The notes: generated from the sequence alone by a model not told the origin. Shown: positions 1-10,238, counted from the first letter of the stretch. The stretch: 64,000 nucleotides of DNA from Candidatus Bathyarchaeota archaeon (GCA_963833575.1 CAWHXY010000007.1:544001-608000), one strand, 5' to 3'. A program made the numbers and translations.

Positions 1-1
1 A

Positions 2-1666
2 GCAAGTCTGTTAGCTTTAATGATTATGATTTTTGTGTGTCCAATTGTTGTTAATGCAAGTTCAACTGAGTGGCATGCGCAGCCCTTCCATAACATAAGA
101 GACTCAAATGCTACGCCATATGCAGTTAGTGGCAACAGTCCCGTAAATATCAGAGCAGCCTATAATCTACCGTATTCTGGAGGACAAGGCGAAACCATCG
201 CCATAATAGACGCTTACGACAACCCAAACGTAGCCTCAGACCTAATCCAATTTTCAACACAATTTCAGTTACCAGCCGCAAATTTAGCAGTTCATAAAAT
301 GTCTAGCTTCATATCGCCTAATGTTAACTGGGGCGTAGAAATATCCCTTGATGTACAGTGGGCTCACGCAATTGCACCAAATGCAAACATTTTGCTCGTC
401 GAAGCCAAATCCTCTTCTCTTAGCGATTTGCTCTCAGCTGTCAGCTATGCAAAAAGCCAACCAAACGTGGTGGCAGTTTCAATGAGTTGGGGCGGAGCGG
501 AATTCTCAACTGAAACAGCCTACGACAGCTACTTCACAAGCACTTCCGGCATCGTATTCTTTGCATCCTCAGGAGACAACGGCGCAGGAACAAGCTGGCC
601 AGCAGCTTCAACCAACGTAGTTTCAGTAGGCGGCACATCACTCGCCCTTTCCGGCGGAACATATTCTGAGACTGCATGGAGCGGAAGCGGCGGCGGAATA
701 AGCACATATGAACCAAAGCCAACCTACCAATCAAGCCTCACCTACTCTAATCGCGCAATCCCAGACGTATCATACAACGCCGACCCAAACTCTGGATACG
801 CAGTATATGACAGCTATGGTTACGGATGGATCGTTGTAGGCGGCACCAGCGCAGGCGCGCCCCAATGGGCAGCAATCCAAGCCTTAGGCCTCTCAGCAAA
901 TAATCAGAATTTCTACAATGACTACGCTCAAACCACAAACTACAACACTTTCTTTAGAGACATAACAACCGGTTCGAACGGATTAAGCGCGGGTTCAGGG
1001 TATGATTTAGTGACGGGAATAGGCAGCCCACTAACAACCAGCTTCGCAGCTCCCCCCACACCAGACTTTAGCATCTCAGCTACACCAAACACATTTACAA
1101 CAAACGCCGGAACACCAGTCCAAACAACCATAAACGTAATTGCACTAAACGGCTTCACAGGACAAGTCAGTCTATCCACTGCATTACCAACCGGTTGGAG
1201 CGCAACCCCAGCCACCAACTCAATAACAGGATCAAGCTCATACCCACTAAGCATAACTGCGCCTACAGGAACACCAACAGGAACATATCCAGTAACCGTC
1301 ACCGGAACCAGCAACACATTAACTCATACAACAACCATAAATGTCCAAATCACAAAGCCAGACTTCTCTCTCACCGCAAACCCCACCAGCCTCAGCATCC
1401 GACAAGGAGCACACGGCACCTCGCAAATAACTGTCAATTCCCTCAACCTCTACGCAGGTTCAGTAACATTAACAGCCAAAACAACAACCTCCTCAATAAC
1501 ATTCAGCTTCACTACAAACCCCGTAACCGCCGGAACTACATCAACACTAACCATCAATGTGCCATCGTCGACTAGCAGAGGAACCTACACAGTCACAATA
1601 ACTGGAACAGACGCTTCTGCAGCGCTAACACACCAAACAACCATCAGACTAACCGTCACGAGATAA
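2..1666 (+). CDS. Secreted S53 (sedolisin/kumamolisin-like) peptidase with two C-terminal Ig-like Thr-rich repeats; 5' end probably outside the window
   Basis: EISLD (Glu/Asp), SSGDNG oxyanion Asp, GGTSAGAP catalytic Ser, YDLVTGIGSP; two PDFS-x-x-A-x-P repeats; frame is open back to nt 2 (ASLLALMIMIF.. signal peptide). Confidence 0.9.
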   Translation, partial: ASLLALMIMIFVCPIVVNASSTEWHAQPFHNIRDSNATPYAVSGNSPVNIRAAYNLPYSGGQGETIAIIDAYDNPNVASDLIQFSTQFQLPAANLAVHKMSSFISPNVNWGVEISLDVQWAHAIAPNANILLVEAKSSSLSDLLSAVSYAKSQPNVVAVSMSWGGAEFSTETAYDSYFTSTSGIVFFASSGDNGAGTSWPAASTNVVSVGGTSLALSGGTYSETAWSGSGGGISTYEPKPTYQSSLTYSNRAIPDVSYNADPNSGYAVYDSYGYGWIVVGGTSAGAPQWAAIQALGLSANNQNFYNDYAQTTNYNTFFRDITTGSNGLSAGSGYDLVTGIGSPLTTSFAAPPTPDFSISATPNTFTTNAGTPVQTTINVIALNGFTGQVSLSTALPTGWSATPATNSITGSSSYPLSITAPTGTPTGTYPVTVTGTSNTLTHTTTINVQITKPDFSLTANPTSLSIRQGAHGTSQITVNSLNLYAGSVTLTAKTTTSSITFSFTTNPVTAGTTSTLTINVPSSTSRGTYTVTITGTDASAALTHQTTIRLTVTR

Positions 1667-1683
1667 TAACTAAACAACCATCC

Positions 1684-1696
1684 CTTTCTCTTTTTG
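1684..1696 (+). terminator. Oligo-T archaeal terminator after the S53 peptidase gene
   Basis: Pyrimidine/T run ctttctctttttg about 18 nt after the stop. Confidence 0.5.
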
Positions 1697-1840
1697 TAAA
1701 ATCAAATTCTCGAAAAAATCCAGAGAATCAACGTTCGTCTTTTTTCATACTTTCACAGAAAACCTTAAGTGTTTTTCCAGAATAGGTAACATGTTTAGCA
1801 GGGCTTCGATACCTGAGTCAGATTGTTAGGAAAGAAAAGT

Positions 1841-2266
1841 ATGCAAGTTGATGATACTTCAGCTAATACGTCTTCTGAGAATAAACGTGAAGCTCAAAAA
1901 AAGCTGGTTGAAGAATTAAAGGTTCAGTGGAAACTGTTGTGGTCTGAACGCTTTGACGACAAGGTTAAGGCTGAAGGAATCTCAGTAAATGACTATTCTT
2001 CTTTGCGGATTAATCGGGGCACAGTAATCCATGCTACTAGAAATTTTAAAGCGCTTAATTTCAGCGATATTGTCAAAGAGCACCTAGCTGAAGACACTGA
2101 TCGATTTGTTCAGCCAAATGTTAACGAAGGCGGCTGGAACAAATTCATAAAAACAAACATAACTAATTGTCCAAGAAAAAGCAAGCGAGCTGATTCTTAC
2201 GTTCCAGCTAAAAGTGTTGACCAGCAGCCCAAGAAAGGTGGACGCGGCTGGCTCCATTCAACTTAG
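1841..2266 (+). CDS. Hypothetical protein
   Basis: 142-aa ORF from the ATG at 1841 (the track starts at TTG 1823), natural-looking composition. Confidence 0.65.
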   Translation: MQVDDTSANTSSENKREAQKKLVEELKVQWKLLWSERFDDKVKAEGISVNDYSSLRINRGTVIHATRNFKALNFSDIVKEHLAEDTDRFVQPNVNEGGWNKFIKTNITNCPRKSKRADSYVPAKSVDQQPKKGGRGWLHST

Positions 2267-2358
2267 AGCTCAGCTTGGACTGTTGTATCAGGCATCTACC
2301 CACAAATCTTCATATAGATTTCCGCCCATCGATATGATTACTTATTGGAGTAGCTTGC

Positions 2359-2497
2359 TTGATTAATTGCCCAAATTGCGGAAAAGAAATTAGCAAACCA
2401 GAGAAAACTCAAAAACTGTGTTTTCCAAATAGACGCCTACACATGCGACAGCTGCGGCCACTGTTTTAAGGTTACAACTGATCTTCCTTGTAGGTAA
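2359..2497 (+). pseudogene. Small Cren7-like/zinc-ribbon protein split by a frameshift
   Basis: GGAG at 2347, then TTG-INCPNCGKEISKPEK in one frame; LKNCVFQIDAYTCDSCGHCFKV..TAA in the +1 frame from 2408; the two CxxC pairs are joined only by a shift in the A4 run at 2404-2407. Confidence 0.6.
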
Positions 2498-2764
2498 ACT
2501 AATCCATTAAGCTATCTTGTTGACTGTAAATAATATAAAGTTAAATCTTTTATCGCCTTTGTTTCAAGTTTTTACGCTCCAAGTTTTTGCAACACAATCG
2601 CTTAGAGGGCTACCTAAGTTTAACCAGGTTATAGCCTGCACACCATCTCACAAAACCACCATTTGGGAAAACGTCAGTAGCAGATAACTTGTCCTGAGCA
2701 AAACCTTTGGCACCTGAGGACTCTCTTTTGCAAAACAAGCCAATAAATAAGGAAATTTTAGTGG

Positions 2765-3484
2765 TTAAGAAGTTTCTTTTATATAGCGTTCTACTGCTTT
2801 GTCAGTCAGCATATCCATTTTCTTTGTTGCTACAGGTATTACAGCAATCTTTATTCTGATCGGTAACTCCCTTGCTTTTAACGTTTTTACTAAACATTTT
2901 ACTGCAAGCTGTATGCCTTCTTCAAGAGTTAAATCTTTACGGTACTCTTCTTTCAGCATTGTTTGAACTGTTTCTGTTCCTGCACCTACCGCTGTGGCTT
3001 TGTATCCCTTGTAGTTTCCGCTTGGGTGAGTCCCGAAGACATGTGGACCGGTTTTGTCGACTCCTCCAAGGATCATGGCAACACCGAAGGGTCGTCCACC
3101 GCCATGCTGTGTATAGTTTTGTTGGATATCGCATATTTTTTCGGTTGCAACTTCTACATCAATAGGTTCATCGAATGTCAGCTTATTACTTTGCGCATCG
3201 ATGCGTGCTTGGTCGATTAAGACTCTTGCGTCGGAACCTAAGCCGATGATAGCTGCTCCGATATGTTCGTCTACCGGAAAAATTTTCCATGAGCGTCCCA
3301 CTTCTTCAAGAACTTCTATGTTTTCTTCAGAAGCTAAAACAACGCCTTCCCCACATCGGATACCTAAAATGGTGCCTCCACGATTCACCAATTCTCTCGC
3401 GTACTCGACTTGATAAAGCCGGCCATCAGGCGAGAAAACAGTTGCATTATAGTCATATGCTCCTGGTTTTGCAAACGCAGACAT
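2765..3484 (-). CDS. psmA: 20S proteasome alpha subunit (divergent paralog)
   Basis: GAYDYNATVFSPDGRLYQVEYA, GGRPFGV, PSGNY..KATAVG motifs; true start is the ATG at 3484, not 3628. Confidence 0.93.
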   Translation of the reverse strand: MSAFAKPGAYDYNATVFSPDGRLYQVEYARELVNRGGTILGIRCGEGVVLASEENIEVLEEVGRSWKIFPVDEHIGAAIIGLGSDARVLIDQARIDAQSNKLTFDEPIDVEVATEKICDIQQNYTQHGGGRPFGVAMILGGVDKTGPHVFGTHPSGNYKGYKATAVGAGTETVQTMLKEEYRKDLTLEEGIQLAVKCLVKTLKARELPIRIKIAVIPVATKKMDMLTDKAVERYIKETS

Positions 3485-3849
3485 AATAACCCCTATTTCA
3501 CGATATAACTTTAAAGTTTTCCAGAGACATATATAAGGGTACACACAGTCCACAACAGATTTGGCTCCATAACCAATTTCTTTAAGGACACTACCGGCTT
3601 CTATCAAACATCTTTCATGAAATTGCAAACCTGTAAAACTTACAACTAGATTGAATTAACACAGAACTAATAGAACTGCGATTGAGACTATTTTTTGCTG
3701 TCTAAGAACCTGTATTTACATTAATAGAATGCTGTTTATTGTATTCATTAATAGTCATTATCCAACATTGAGGCTTAGAAATTGAATTATGGATTGGAGT
3801 TTGATTTAAAGCTTATACATTAACTGAATATTCAACTTATAGGAAAATT

Positions 3850-4266
3850 CTACTTAGTTAATCTACATAAATACTGCCAGTTTTCTCCTAAGAAGAATTT
3901 CTTAACAATAATCTTTACTTTTTCAGTCGTAAGGTCATCATCTTTGAGAGAATAAATAAAATACCCATTTTCAACCACTGGCACATCTAACACCCAAGCA
4001 TCTTCTTCGTTTTTGTGAAATTGAATAGTTTCACCTTCCTCGTTAATGAAGCCTATAAAATTACCTTCAGTTGTTGGGAAACCCCCAATCTCCTCAAGAG
4101 CATTTTCCAAAGAGATTTCTTTTGGCTTGGTTTCATTAATAAGCTCCTTTCCATCATCTTTATAATAATTCAATTTAACTCCCTCTATTGCGTGAAGATC
4201 ACGGGCATAACTAAGTGGCATTAGAGCAATAAATGTACCTTCAAATAAAATGCGTTCTTCAAGCAT
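3850..4266 (-). CDS. Hypothetical protein
   Basis: 138-aa acidic ORF in AT-rich DNA, RBS-like GGAGTGAG upstream. Confidence 0.6.
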   Translation of the reverse strand: MLEERILFEGTFIALMPLSYARDLHAIEGVKLNYYKDDGKELINETKPKEISLENALEEIGGFPTTEGNFIGFINEEGETIQFHKNEEDAWVLDVPVVENGYFIYSLKDDDLTTEKVKIIVKKFFLGENWQYLCRLTK

Positions 4267-4290
4267 TATTTCAACTCACTCCATGCTGAT

Positions 4291-4548
4291 TTAAGGCGTT
4301 TTAGTCTTGGTGTCATTTCCATTTAGCGATTGTCTTAAGATGTCTGCTTCTTTTTGATAGTTTGCCAATTCAGCATTCAAGTATTTGATAAGTTCAATTT
4401 TCAGCCGTATTTCCTGAACGTTATCTATTACAGCTTTTCTGTTTGATTGGAATTGCTTTTTTTGCCACTCCAAATCTTCAAGATTTTTTTTGACCTCTTC
4501 GACATAAATTTTTGTTGACTCTTTTTTTGTCCTACTATTTTTGCTCAT
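4291..4548 (-). CDS. Hypothetical coiled-coil protein
   Basis: 85-aa ORF, heptad-like K/E/L pattern, co-oriented with the 3850-4266 gene. Confidence 0.55.
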   Translation of the reverse strand: MSKNSRTKKESTKIYVEEVKKNLEDLEWQKKQFQSNRKAVIDNVQEIRLKIELIKYLNAELANYQKEADILRQSLNGNDTKTKTP

Positions 4549-4739
4549 ACGGCCTTTTCCATTTATTCATGTGGTCTAAATATTTCGACGTTATCAGAAT
4601 TTAAAGATTTTTCTTCGTCTTTTTTGGCAGGTCCGGTAATGAAATCATCTTTTTTTTCGGGGTTAACCACGGTAACTGCTGTAACTGTTTATCGACAGTC
4701 ACAAACGTTGAAATAATCTAAAGAATAGAGAGCACTAAG

Positions 4740-5795
4740 ATGTTTATGAAAGCTTTTGTTATGAAGGAAATAGGCAGTGTTGGATTCATGGAGAAGCCTG
4801 TCCCTGAGGTTGGACCAAACGACGCGATTGTCAAGACAAAGGCAGCGTTAGTTTGTACATCAGATTCACATACCGTACGTGGTGCAATTGGACAACGTAC
4901 AAACATAACTCTGGGACACGAAGCAAAGGGCATAGTCTATAAAGTTGGAAGAGAAGTGAAACTCTTTAAGCCCGGTGACAGAGTTGCGGTCGGCGCTATA
5001 ACTCCTGACTGGGGAGATATCGCTTCTCAAGCAGGTCACTCATCCCAATCTGGCCAACCATTGGACGGATGGAAATTTTCCAACACCAAAGACGGCGTAT
5101 TTGCAGAGTATTTTCACGTAAACGAAGCCGACGCGAACATGGCCAAGATTCCTGACGAGGTGCCTGATGAAGCTGCCGTTTACGTTTCAGATATGATGTC
5201 AACCGGGTTTGCTGGCGCAGAAGCCGCTGACATACCGATAGGGGGTTCTGCAGGGGTATTTGCTTTAGGACCAGTGGGTCTTATGGCTGTTGCTGGAGCC
5301 AAATTCAAAGGAGCAGGAATGATAATAGGCGTTGATTCAGTACCTAAACGACAAGAGCTTGCCAAGTTTTATGGTGCAGATTTGACGGTTGATCCAACTA
5401 AGGAAGATGTCATATCTAGAATAATGGATCTTACAGCGGGGTTGGGCGTAGACAGCTCAATTGAAGCGCTTGGCGCAGATTTAACCTTCGAGAATGCTTT
5501 AAAAGTGACAAAAGCAGGCGGAACAATATCAAACGTTGGCTACCATGGAGTAGGCGAATGCGTTTGCATTCCCAGATTGGACTGGGGTGTAGGCATGGCG
5601 GAAAAAACCATCAAAACTTCACTATGTCCAGGAGGACGTTTAAGACTGCAAAGGTTGCTGTTACTACTAAAGAACCATAAAATTGATCCAACACGCATGA
5701 CTACCCATACATTCATCTTTGACGAAGCGGACAAAGCATTTGAAATAATGGACAAGAAACTCGACGGCGTCATAAAACCACTCATCAAGTTCTAA
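4740..5795 (+). CDS. adh: Zn-dependent secondary-alcohol-dehydrogenase-type MDR enzyme
   Basis: CTSDSH, GHE and SDMMSTG catalytic Zn ligands; no structural-Zn cysteines; ALGPVG Rossmann motif; Asp in GVDS suggests NAD preference. Confidence 0.92.
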   Translation: MFMKAFVMKEIGSVGFMEKPVPEVGPNDAIVKTKAALVCTSDSHTVRGAIGQRTNITLGHEAKGIVYKVGREVKLFKPGDRVAVGAITPDWGDIASQAGHSSQSGQPLDGWKFSNTKDGVFAEYFHVNEADANMAKIPDEVPDEAAVYVSDMMSTGFAGAEAADIPIGGSAGVFALGPVGLMAVAGAKFKGAGMIIGVDSVPKRQELAKFYGADLTVDPTKEDVISRIMDLTAGLGVDSSIEALGADLTFENALKVTKAGGTISNVGYHGVGECVCIPRLDWGVGMAEKTIKTSLCPGGRLRLQRLLLLLKNHKIDPTRMTTHTFIFDEADKAFEIMDKKLDGVIKPLIKF

Positions 5796-6218
5796 GAAAC
5801 ATATATTGAAAAAATAGACCTACAAATTTAAGGTTTTAATTGATCCCTGTTGGTTCAAGTTTTTCTTATCTTTTTAGTGAAATGAGGTTAGTTTGAGTTC
5901 GAATTTGCAAAAACTGGTTGGAGATTATGTTTTGTTTTTGAAATCTGCCAACCATTTTAATGTTGAGTGAGAGGTAGGTTTGAACCTGGGTGACTGTCAA
6001 GCACTATGCCGACTCGGGTAGCAAACAACTTTGGTGCAGAGAACCACCTTTCTCACCTATCCTTTGACTACCGTTAAAGTTTAAGAATAAACTGAAGAAC
6101 AACTAGCTTTATATGCCAAAAAATATTGAAGGACTTAGAAAATTATACAGTAACAAATTGCTTTGGATAATTATGATGAATATTTGGTTTTTTGTTGTTT
6201 TGTTGCTGTTGACCAGAC

Positions 6219-6794
6219 TTAGAAGCATTTGTTGATTAGAGTGTAACAGGCTCTTTGGATGTTTCGTTTTGACTTTTGCAGCCCAAGTTCTTTGACTCTT
6301 TCCTTTATTTGGGGCCAACTCTTTGATTGTTCACCGCAATTCTTGAAAGCATACGCTAAATTCTTCTTATCAACGGGATATAGCGTTCTAATTATTTCAT
6401 CTTGAACCAGCAACCATTCACCAAGTTTTTCTCCGAATTTTTCTTCAACATAAGTTCTCTCCTTTTGAATTATCTTCTCGTGCCCACCGCCAATTAACAA
6501 TTCATAAACCTCATGAAAAACAAGTTCATGAAATGCTCGTGTATCTTCGCATCTTGTTAACCAAATTAACCCTCCAAAACGAATAGGATCCTCGTTAAAG
6601 TGGATTCTCACCCCATTACTTCCCCAAGCATAATTCTTGAAGTTACATTTCCACTCAGAACTTAATGGTTCAAAAACCTCGAACTCCTCAAGCTTAACAG
6701 TTTCTTTGCCGAATTTCTCTTTGATATACTCCATTGTTTCATTAATAATCTCAATTTCTTTGTCGGTTGGACTAAAGTAAGTTGTCACAATCAA
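6219..6794 (-). CDS. Hypothetical protein, weak zincin-like motif
   Basis: 191-aa ORF; HELVFHEVYE...GGGH; RBS AGGAGATGA upstream. Confidence 0.65.
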   Translation of the reverse strand: MIVTTYFSPTDKEIEIINETMEYIKEKFGKETVKLEEFEVFEPLSSEWKCNFKNYAWGSNGVRIHFNEDPIRFGGLIWLTRCEDTRAFHELVFHEVYELLIGGGHEKIIQKERTYVEEKFGEKLGEWLLVQDEIIRTLYPVDKKNLAYAFKNCGEQSKSWPQIKERVKELGLQKSKRNIQRACYTLINKCF

Positions 6795-7279
6795 GTCATC
6801 TCCTTACTATGCTTTCACTAGTTTCCGGTAATATCTTTGATATTTCAAATCGCGAAATATTCCAACTAAGAAATCATTCCTAAGCCAATTATGCAATAAG
6901 CCAGTCTAAAATCGAGAGGTAAGATTAGCTTCTTTTGTTATGTATTTGACTTTGACGTAGTTTCTATTTCAAAGCATATCGGGTTTTGTAAATCGTTCCA
7001 AAACCGCGCGCACCGTAACATCTTAACAACGCCTAGCTTTCAACTGCCCTACCAACATTACTTTTGAAAATCTTAGCGCTAAGTCGGAAAGCGTCTCTAC
7101 CAAAGTTCTTATTTATTTTTCTAAAATCTTGTCGATCGTCAGCAAACTTGGCAGGCAATTTCACGTTGACATACCATTTAGACACTTTGTTGCCTCTTGA
7201 AATACCAATAGGCAAAGAGAGTCTATTAACAAAATTATTATAATCCATGCTTCAATTAACAGTCACCAAGGTGTCAACG

Positions 7280-8047
7280 ATGAAACAATTCCTAATTACT
7301 CCAGCGGCAGGAAAACGCTTAATAGCCAAAACCCTAGCAAACCACCCAGCAATTAAAAAAGCCCTCAAAAACGGAACGCTCGTGATTGTTGCTGGAACAA
7401 CCAATGGCTATGTGGCTGAAGAAATTTTCAGAACTAACAATATCTCAAATGATTTCTCTAGGGGAAGGTTCTTTAGGGGGATAACTTTGCCGCCGACCAA
7501 GTCAGTAACCGTTGAGGGGAGGCTTGCTGACGAGAGCAAGTTTCCTGGCGACGTTGTTATAACTGAGGGTGTGTGGCAGAAAGGCAAAACAATTGCTGAT
7601 GTCGTTGATTCGCTTAAAGAGGGCGATGTTATCTTGAAGGGCGCAAACGCTTTGGATCTGACCCGTAAGCAGGCGGCTATTTTGATTGGTCATCCGAAAG
7701 CTGGAACTATAGGTTTAGCCTTGCCTGCCGTACTGGGGCGACGAGTGAAACTCATAATACCCGTTGGCATTGAGAAACGTGTAAACAGCGATTTGTCCGC
7801 CTTAGCAGAAAAGCTCAATGTTCCTGGTGTAGGCGGGTACCGTTTGTTGCCTGTTGTCGGAGAAGTATTTACTGAGTTGGATGCGTTAATTGCTTTAACT
7901 GGTGCTGAAGTTGAATTGATTGCTGCTGGTGGAGTTTGTGGCGGCGAAGGCTCCTGCTGGATAGCTGTAACTGGAAATGAAGAACAAGAGGAATTTGCCG
8001 CCGAAATTATTGCTTCAATAAAATGTGAACCAGCATTTAGTCTTTGA
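7280..8047 (+). CDS. Hypothetical alpha/beta protein (Gly-rich)
   Basis: ATG 7280 preceded by AGGTG; motifs [30 protein letters not shown]. Confidence 0.8.
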   Translation: MKQFLITPAAGKRLIAKTLANHPAIKKALKNGTLVIVAGTTNGYVAEEIFRTNNISNDFSRGRFFRGITLPPTKSVTVEGRLADESKFPGDVVITEGVWQKGKTIADVVDSLKEGDVILKGANALDLTRKQAAILIGHPKAGTIGLALPAVLGRRVKLIIPVGIEKRVNSDLSALAEKLNVPGVGGYRLLPVVGEVFTELDALIALTGAEVELIAAGGVCGGEGSCWIAVTGNEEQEEFAAEIIASIKCEPAFSL

Positions 8048-8340
8048 CAAAACATTGCACGGCGTAGAAAATTTCTAAGTTTCAGGTCAAAACTTAAGGA
8101 TAACTTGTGTGGATTTATCAAATCACTGTATTGACAGCATTATTTGCGACAAATTGTAGCCACACTTTTGTTGTCACAAATATTTAATAGAAAATCTCAT
8201 CATTAGATTAGTAGGTGCGTCCTAACAATCAAGAAAGATAGTAGTAATTCAGAAATTCTATTTTAATCCAACCAACCAGATTTGCAAACAAGGGTTGAGG
8301 TTTGAGTTTGCATGAAGAAAATATAGTGTTTGAATACCTT

Positions 8341-9114
8341 TCAAACCGGTTTTTTCTTACCTTTGTTTCTCATTGCTCTGATACCAATGACAATAGTCTT
8401 GGCTTTTCCAGTCAGCCCTCCTCTAAAGCTGGCGTTAACCATTTCCCTATAGTCGTTTTTAGATATTGGTACGTCACTGATAGTTTGCATTGTTTCAGGA
8501 GATATAGTTCCATTAACCAACTCAGCACCAGCTTTTCTAATCGCGTCAATATTGTCATCAAGCAAATGCGGAACGTTTGCTGCCCCGGCAGACGGGATTA
8601 GAACTTCGCCAGCCCAGGTTAATCCCATATGCATCATAATCTTCTCAAAATGTTGACTCATTAAGGCGAAATTCTCCATGTCTGGAAAACCGCAAGTCGA
8701 AACTAAGACCCCTTTTGCCTTAGGTGCATACCGCTGAGGGTGATTAGTTATCCCATTATCCATTAGAATCTGAGAGGATTCCAAGTTTACAAAGAACCTA
8801 TCAATTATGTTTTTTACGGTGGCAGGAAAACCAAAAACGTACACGGGAGCTGCGATGATAAAGTAGTCACATTTTTTGTAAACGTCGTATATTAATTGAA
8901 AATCGTCTTTCTGGACACATTGACCTTTGTTTTTTCTTTGCCAGCAGCTCCAACAGCTTGTACAGGGTCCAATTTTCATTTTATGCGGATAAAACTTGTG
9001 AATTTCCACTTCACCCATTCCTTCAAGCAAGCGGTCTAACATTTTTTCAGTGAAAGAGGGGCTTCTGAGAGAACCCGATATAGCCAAAACTGTTGGGATC
9101 TTTTTGACAGACAT
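8341..9114 (-). CDS. Flavodoxin-family iron-sulfur flavoprotein / NADPH-dependent FMN reductase
   Basis: ISGSLR, CTSCWSC-x8-C, AAPVY, KNIIDR, STCGFP. Confidence 0.88.
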   Translation of the reverse strand: MSVKKIPTVLAISGSLRSPSFTEKMLDRLLEGMGEVEIHKFYPHKMKIGPCTSCWSCWQRKNKGQCVQKDDFQLIYDVYKKCDYFIIAAPVYVFGFPATVKNIIDRFFVNLESSQILMDNGITNHPQRYAPKAKGVLVSTCGFPDMENFALMSQHFEKIMMHMGLTWAGEVLIPSAGAANVPHLLDDNIDAIRKAGAELVNGTISPETMQTISDVPISKNDYREMVNASFRGGLTGKAKTIVIGIRAMRNKGKKKPV

Positions 9115-9401
9115 TGTTCGTGACTTCCAAGTAAGTCAACTTATTTCCACTTTTTAAGTTTCCTTTTATTACCTTATTATGATCAAAACTACGCGTCCTT
9201 TTCATTCAAGGCTCAGCATACTTAATGTGCAATTTCAGGAAAACTATTGAGAACAATTGTGGGGTGTACATTAAAACTTAAACCAACCAACTTTACTCCA
9301 CTCAGTACCACGAAAAATGGCTTATTCAGCAGTAGACCGACTCACCAGATACATAGAAACCATTTATCAGTGTAGAAAAGAGGAAAATAAAAATCATCAC
9401 A

Positions 9402-9429
9402 TGGGCATATTCGGAATCGAATATACGAC
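9402..9429 (+). repeat. 28-bp dif-like site, copy A
   Basis: tgggcatattc-ggaatc-gaatatacgac; 23/28 identical to copy B. Confidence 0.7.
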
Positions 9430-9540
9430 TCTAACAAAAGTAGACGTTCCAAGAATACGCACTAAGAACAAAGAACAAGTTCTGTTTAGCCCCAGCTACC
9501 CCAAAAGCCTTAAGCTAATGCCACGCTTTGGAGTTATAGC

Positions 9541-9999
9541 GTGATTCATTTGTCTCTTGAAGTTGTACCGCATGTTGAGCTGGAAAAATATTTAGGCAAA
9601 TGGTATGAGATAGCACACCTTCCCGCAAAATTTGAAGAAGGCTGTAATGAAACCACTGCCACCTACACATTATTAAAAGATGGCAGCATATCCGTGCTCA
9701 ACCAATCTATAAAAAACGGCAAGATAAAACAGGCAAAAGGCAAGGCAAAAGTAGTTGATAAGAACTCTAATGCAAAACTCAAAGTAACGTTCTTCTGGCC
9801 GTTTTATGGTGATTATTGGATCATTAAATTGGGGAATGATTACGATTACTCTGTTGTAGGTACACCAAACCGCAAATATCTTTGGATATTGAACAGAACC
9901 CCACAAATGAATGACAAGCTATACTCACAATTAATAGAATACGCAAAGTCAAAAGGCTTCGAAGTAAACAAGCTCATCAAAACTCTTCAAAAAGCATAA
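9541..9999 (+). CDS. blc: Lipocalin (Blc-like)
   Basis: KYLGKWYEIA, KLKVTFFWPFYGDYWII, YLWILNRTP. Confidence 0.92.
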   Translation: MIHLSLEVVPHVELEKYLGKWYEIAHLPAKFEEGCNETTATYTLLKDGSISVLNQSIKNGKIKQAKGKAKVVDKNSNAKLKVTFFWPFYGDYWIIKLGNDYDYSVVGTPNRKYLWILNRTPQMNDKLYSQLIEYAKSKGFEVNKLIKTLQKA

Positions 10000-10140
10000 T
10001 GCAAATACGTCTAAAAATAATACCCCAGAAATGTTGAATTAAATTTTGATCCCACCAACCCAACCAACTACTTTTACCTCAGCGGTTTAAGGCATAAGCG
10101 GGAGACACGGTTCAGTAAATACTCAGCAGATTAACCATAT

Positions 10141-10168
10141 AGGGTATAGTCGGAATCGAGTATACGCC
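10141..10168 (+). repeat. 28-bp dif-like site, copy B
   Basis: agggtatagtc-ggaatc-gagtatacgcc; arms are 8/11 inverted complements around a 6-bp spacer. Confidence 0.7.
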
Positions 10169-10238
10169 ATTTTTTGCTAATCCTGAATTGATTCTTAATT
10201 CATAATCCTTATTTGAGAATCTTCCAAACATATGAAAT

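Noticed and set aside
5966-6060. ggtttgaacc resembling a reverse T-loop, within an imperfect long hairpin
   Set aside because: No T-stem, acceptor stem or anticodon arm can be built; not a tRNA
7033-7248. 71-aa ORF with KWYVNV, reminiscent of TnpB
   Set aside because: No RuvC or zinc-finger motifs; overlaps the promoter of the 7280 gene
9317-9544. 75-aa ORF upstream of the lipocalin
   Set aside because: Runs across the repeat site, has no motifs; probably spurious
10078-10115. ctcagcggtttaaggc resembling a tRNA-Ser/Leu D-arm
   Set aside because: No cloverleaf; better explained as part of the dispersed spacer motif
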